Assembly: GCA_010093705.1 (NCBI GenBank)
Contig: MU006096.1
Location: 235,558 to 299,557, forward strand
DNA: 64,000 nucleotides
From: Patellaria atrata CBS 101060
Taxonomy: Eukaryota
Direction of reading: 5' to 3'
In this document: piece by piece, positions 61,598-64,000 of the stretch
Layout: every line of letters starts with the position of its first letter
How positions within the stretch are numbered: position 1 is the stretch's first letter
The notes under the pieces: generated by a model
The model's database searches: none
The model's input: only the letters and a program-made list of their open reading frames with translations
What the model was told of the DNA's origin: nothing
Position numbers and translations under genes: made by a program

Positions 61598-62918
61598 ATG
61601 CCTTCAGCAATTGTGACAGGGGCTACTGGTAAGCTAAATCGGTATGGAAACTTACAGGAATAACAAGCTCACCCTTTTCTAGGCATACTTGGTCGCCAAA
61701 TCGTTCATGAGCTTGGAAAAAGGCCGCAACAATGGCCCACTGTCCACGCGCTCTCTCGTAGCAAGAAGGAAGAATGTCCACAAAATGTAGTCCATAACCA
61801 TATCGATCTAACAGCTTCGGCCGACAACATGGCCAAGGACCTTCAAAACCTGGAAGGGGACTATGTCTTCTTCGCCGCATACCTACAGAAGGAAACCGAG
61901 CAGGAGAATTGGGATGTCAACGGTATGGGCTTCTGATCTACTGGCAATACGTTCATGAGAGCTAACAAGACTCCTAGGCGACATGCTCGAAAATTTTCTC
62001 ACCGCTCTCCAGAAAAATGGAAGTCTCAAGAAAGTAAAGCGCGTCATCCTTATTACGGGTTGTAAACAATACGGCGTCCACCTTGGTGCTGCAAAGAACC
62101 CCATGGTTGAATCAGATCCCTGGCTTACGGGCGCCGACCGTCCACCAAACTTCTATTACCGTCAACAAGATATCCTCAAGCAATTCCAGGGTAAGGAGGG
62201 TACAGGGAGCTGGGACTGGGTAGTAACATATCCGAATGATGTTATCGGGTATGCAGAGGGCAACTTCATGAATTTGGCGACTAGCGTGGGATTGTATGCT
62301 GCAGTGTCGAAGGAGCTTGGAAATGAGCTTGTCTGGCCAGGTAGCGAAGAATTCTATACGAAGTTCGATAGTTTCACATCTGCTAAACTACACGCACAAT
62401 TTGTCGTCTGGGCCGCGCTGGAACCACGTGCGGGCAACCAAGCCTTCAACGTCGTGAACGGGGATGCTGAGAGCTGGCAGAACCTGTGGCCGAAAATGGC
62501 AGAGAGATATGGTCTCCAGGTACCTTCAGATCAGCTCACTAGAGACACACCAGATAAGAGCGTAATGGACTTGGCGGAGCGACCACCGATTCAAGATCTG
62601 GAGGACCACCTAGGCATTAAGGGAAAGATTCCAAAGAGTAAAGTTGAGCAGCGAATCGATCTCATGAAGTGGAGTCAGAAGCCTGAAGTCAAAGACGGTT
62701 GGCAGAAGCTTGCATATAAAGAGGGTCTACAAGAAGACGCCTTCGAAAAGGCGACATGGGGCTTCTTAGGCTTTGTCTTGGGGAGGAACTATGATCTAGT
62801 GGTTAGTATGAGCAAAGCGAGAAGATTGGGTTGGACGGGTTATGCGGATACCTGGGACTCGTTGAGCGATGTGTTTGATGAGTTAGAGAAGGCGAAGATA
62901 CTGCCAAAGCGGACATAG
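61598..62918 (+). CDS. Atypical SDR, PRISE/progesterone-5beta-reductase-like; 3 exons
   Basis: AIVTGATG/ILG, TGCKQYG, PNFYYRQQD, NQAFNVVNGD, SMSKARRLGW. Confidence 0.9.
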
Positions 62919-64000
62919 CTTCTGGCGGAAAAATAATTTTTGTACAAAAGATAGTGGGTTATGAGAAACATGAATTCATAATTGGATGTATTTAAGAGGG
63001 TATCACTTTGAAACTTTAGCAGAATCAAAGCTATGTAAGTACTTAATGTGGATGACTTCGTGAACGATATAGTTCGACAGTGTTGGCACATAGTATGCAA
63101 TGTACTTTGTACAATTCCTCGTGCAACAGATCTCCGACTTAGCCGTACTAACCGTCGAAGCTTCCGGAAAAGAAGATTTTCACAGTGCGTTAGGATATGT
63201 ACATCAAGCTTACAGCAACTGGAAACCACCTGTACTAATATAGTAGGCGGTAACCTATCCTCAACCATCGGGGCGACCTCGTAGAGTATCAAAGTTTGAG
63301 CTGATGGTCGATCAAAGCAATCCATGATAGAAAAGTCTGCGCAAAGGGTTCGACATTTTGAGGTGTGTGTTCGCCATCACTTCATCGCCGCTTAAACTCC
63401 GACTGCCCCTTCGCTCCTCTAGAAGGCAGTGTGGCCCATCTTCTTCTGTGCGGTATCACTAAGGATATCCTCTCATAGGTACAAATATCTCAAACCACAG
63501 CGATTACGCGGTAGTATCACCCAATAAACTCGCTGAGCAAAATATGAAGGTAAATTGTTCCAACATGCGATAAGGTTATTTGAGATACGAGAAAACGTCT
63601 TATGTAGCATATAGCGTTATTGCTGGTAAACCTTAGCTGGTGAAACAATGGAAATGTGATTTTGAAGGCCGCAGCATTGCATGACTCGAACCCATTGACC
63701 AAGCGGACAACCAGTTCAGTGAGTGGACGAACGACGCACTAATACTCAAAGTAATTATGAGAAGGTTCCTTGGAAATGCTCAGCGCAGTAAAGTAACCGC
63801 GTGGCGTGGATGGATACCATTCAAAGTATGAAGCGACCGAATCCGAACTCGCTCCTAACCTTGGAAAAGACGACCAGTTCTGATGGTCCATGACCGCTTC
63901 TGATCTCTTCGCGACGCAGTTGTTAGTATCCGAAACCGAACCAAAGAGATATCCCTTTGTTACTGGATGAGCATGTACTTTCCTCCTATGTATGTTCTGC

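Noticed and set aside
63676..63702. Minus-strand GGTTCGAGTC as a tRNA T-loop
   Set aside because: No T stem, A box or cloverleaf.
1..64000. CRISPR arrays, rRNA, intact transposons, secondary-metabolite backbone genes
   Set aside because: None seen; this is eukaryotic intron-containing DNA without such motifs.

Overview
Gene-dense, intron-containing genomic DNA of a filamentous ascomycete (Pezizomycotina; possibly a Dothideomycete, which is inference), with one 100-N assembly gap. Most of 1-31.6 kb is conserved housekeeping genes: MON1, Dopey, an OSBP, PalB calpain, ANT1, a WLM/Wss1-like protease, an enoyl-CoA hydratase, an RNA-repair-like HAD protein and RING proteins. 31.6-61 kb alternates intact genes (C2H2 TF, rhomboid, MED9, iPGM, CmkB; an SDR follows at 61.6 kb) with decayed or orphan sequence. 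Four things stand out that the ORF track does not show. (1) A fragmented, partly duplicated and partly inverted MAT1-2-1 (HMG mating-type) relic between the rhomboid and MED9 genes, with no canonical MAT-flanking genes recognised; a much weaker alpha-box-like trace lies at ~36.1 kb. (2) A Pol III-type unit at ~19.2 kb: TATA, a tRNA-Asp-like head with A/B boxes, a structured 3' domain and an oligo-T terminator. (3) A NIMA-like kinase with intact catalytic motifs split by one in-frame TAA, next to other genes whose frames run on through stop codons (C-to-T decay versus stop editing or readthrough). (4) A three-member F-box-like paralog cluster in graded decay. Exon boundaries and family calls were made by eye from recalled motifs; no searches were run.
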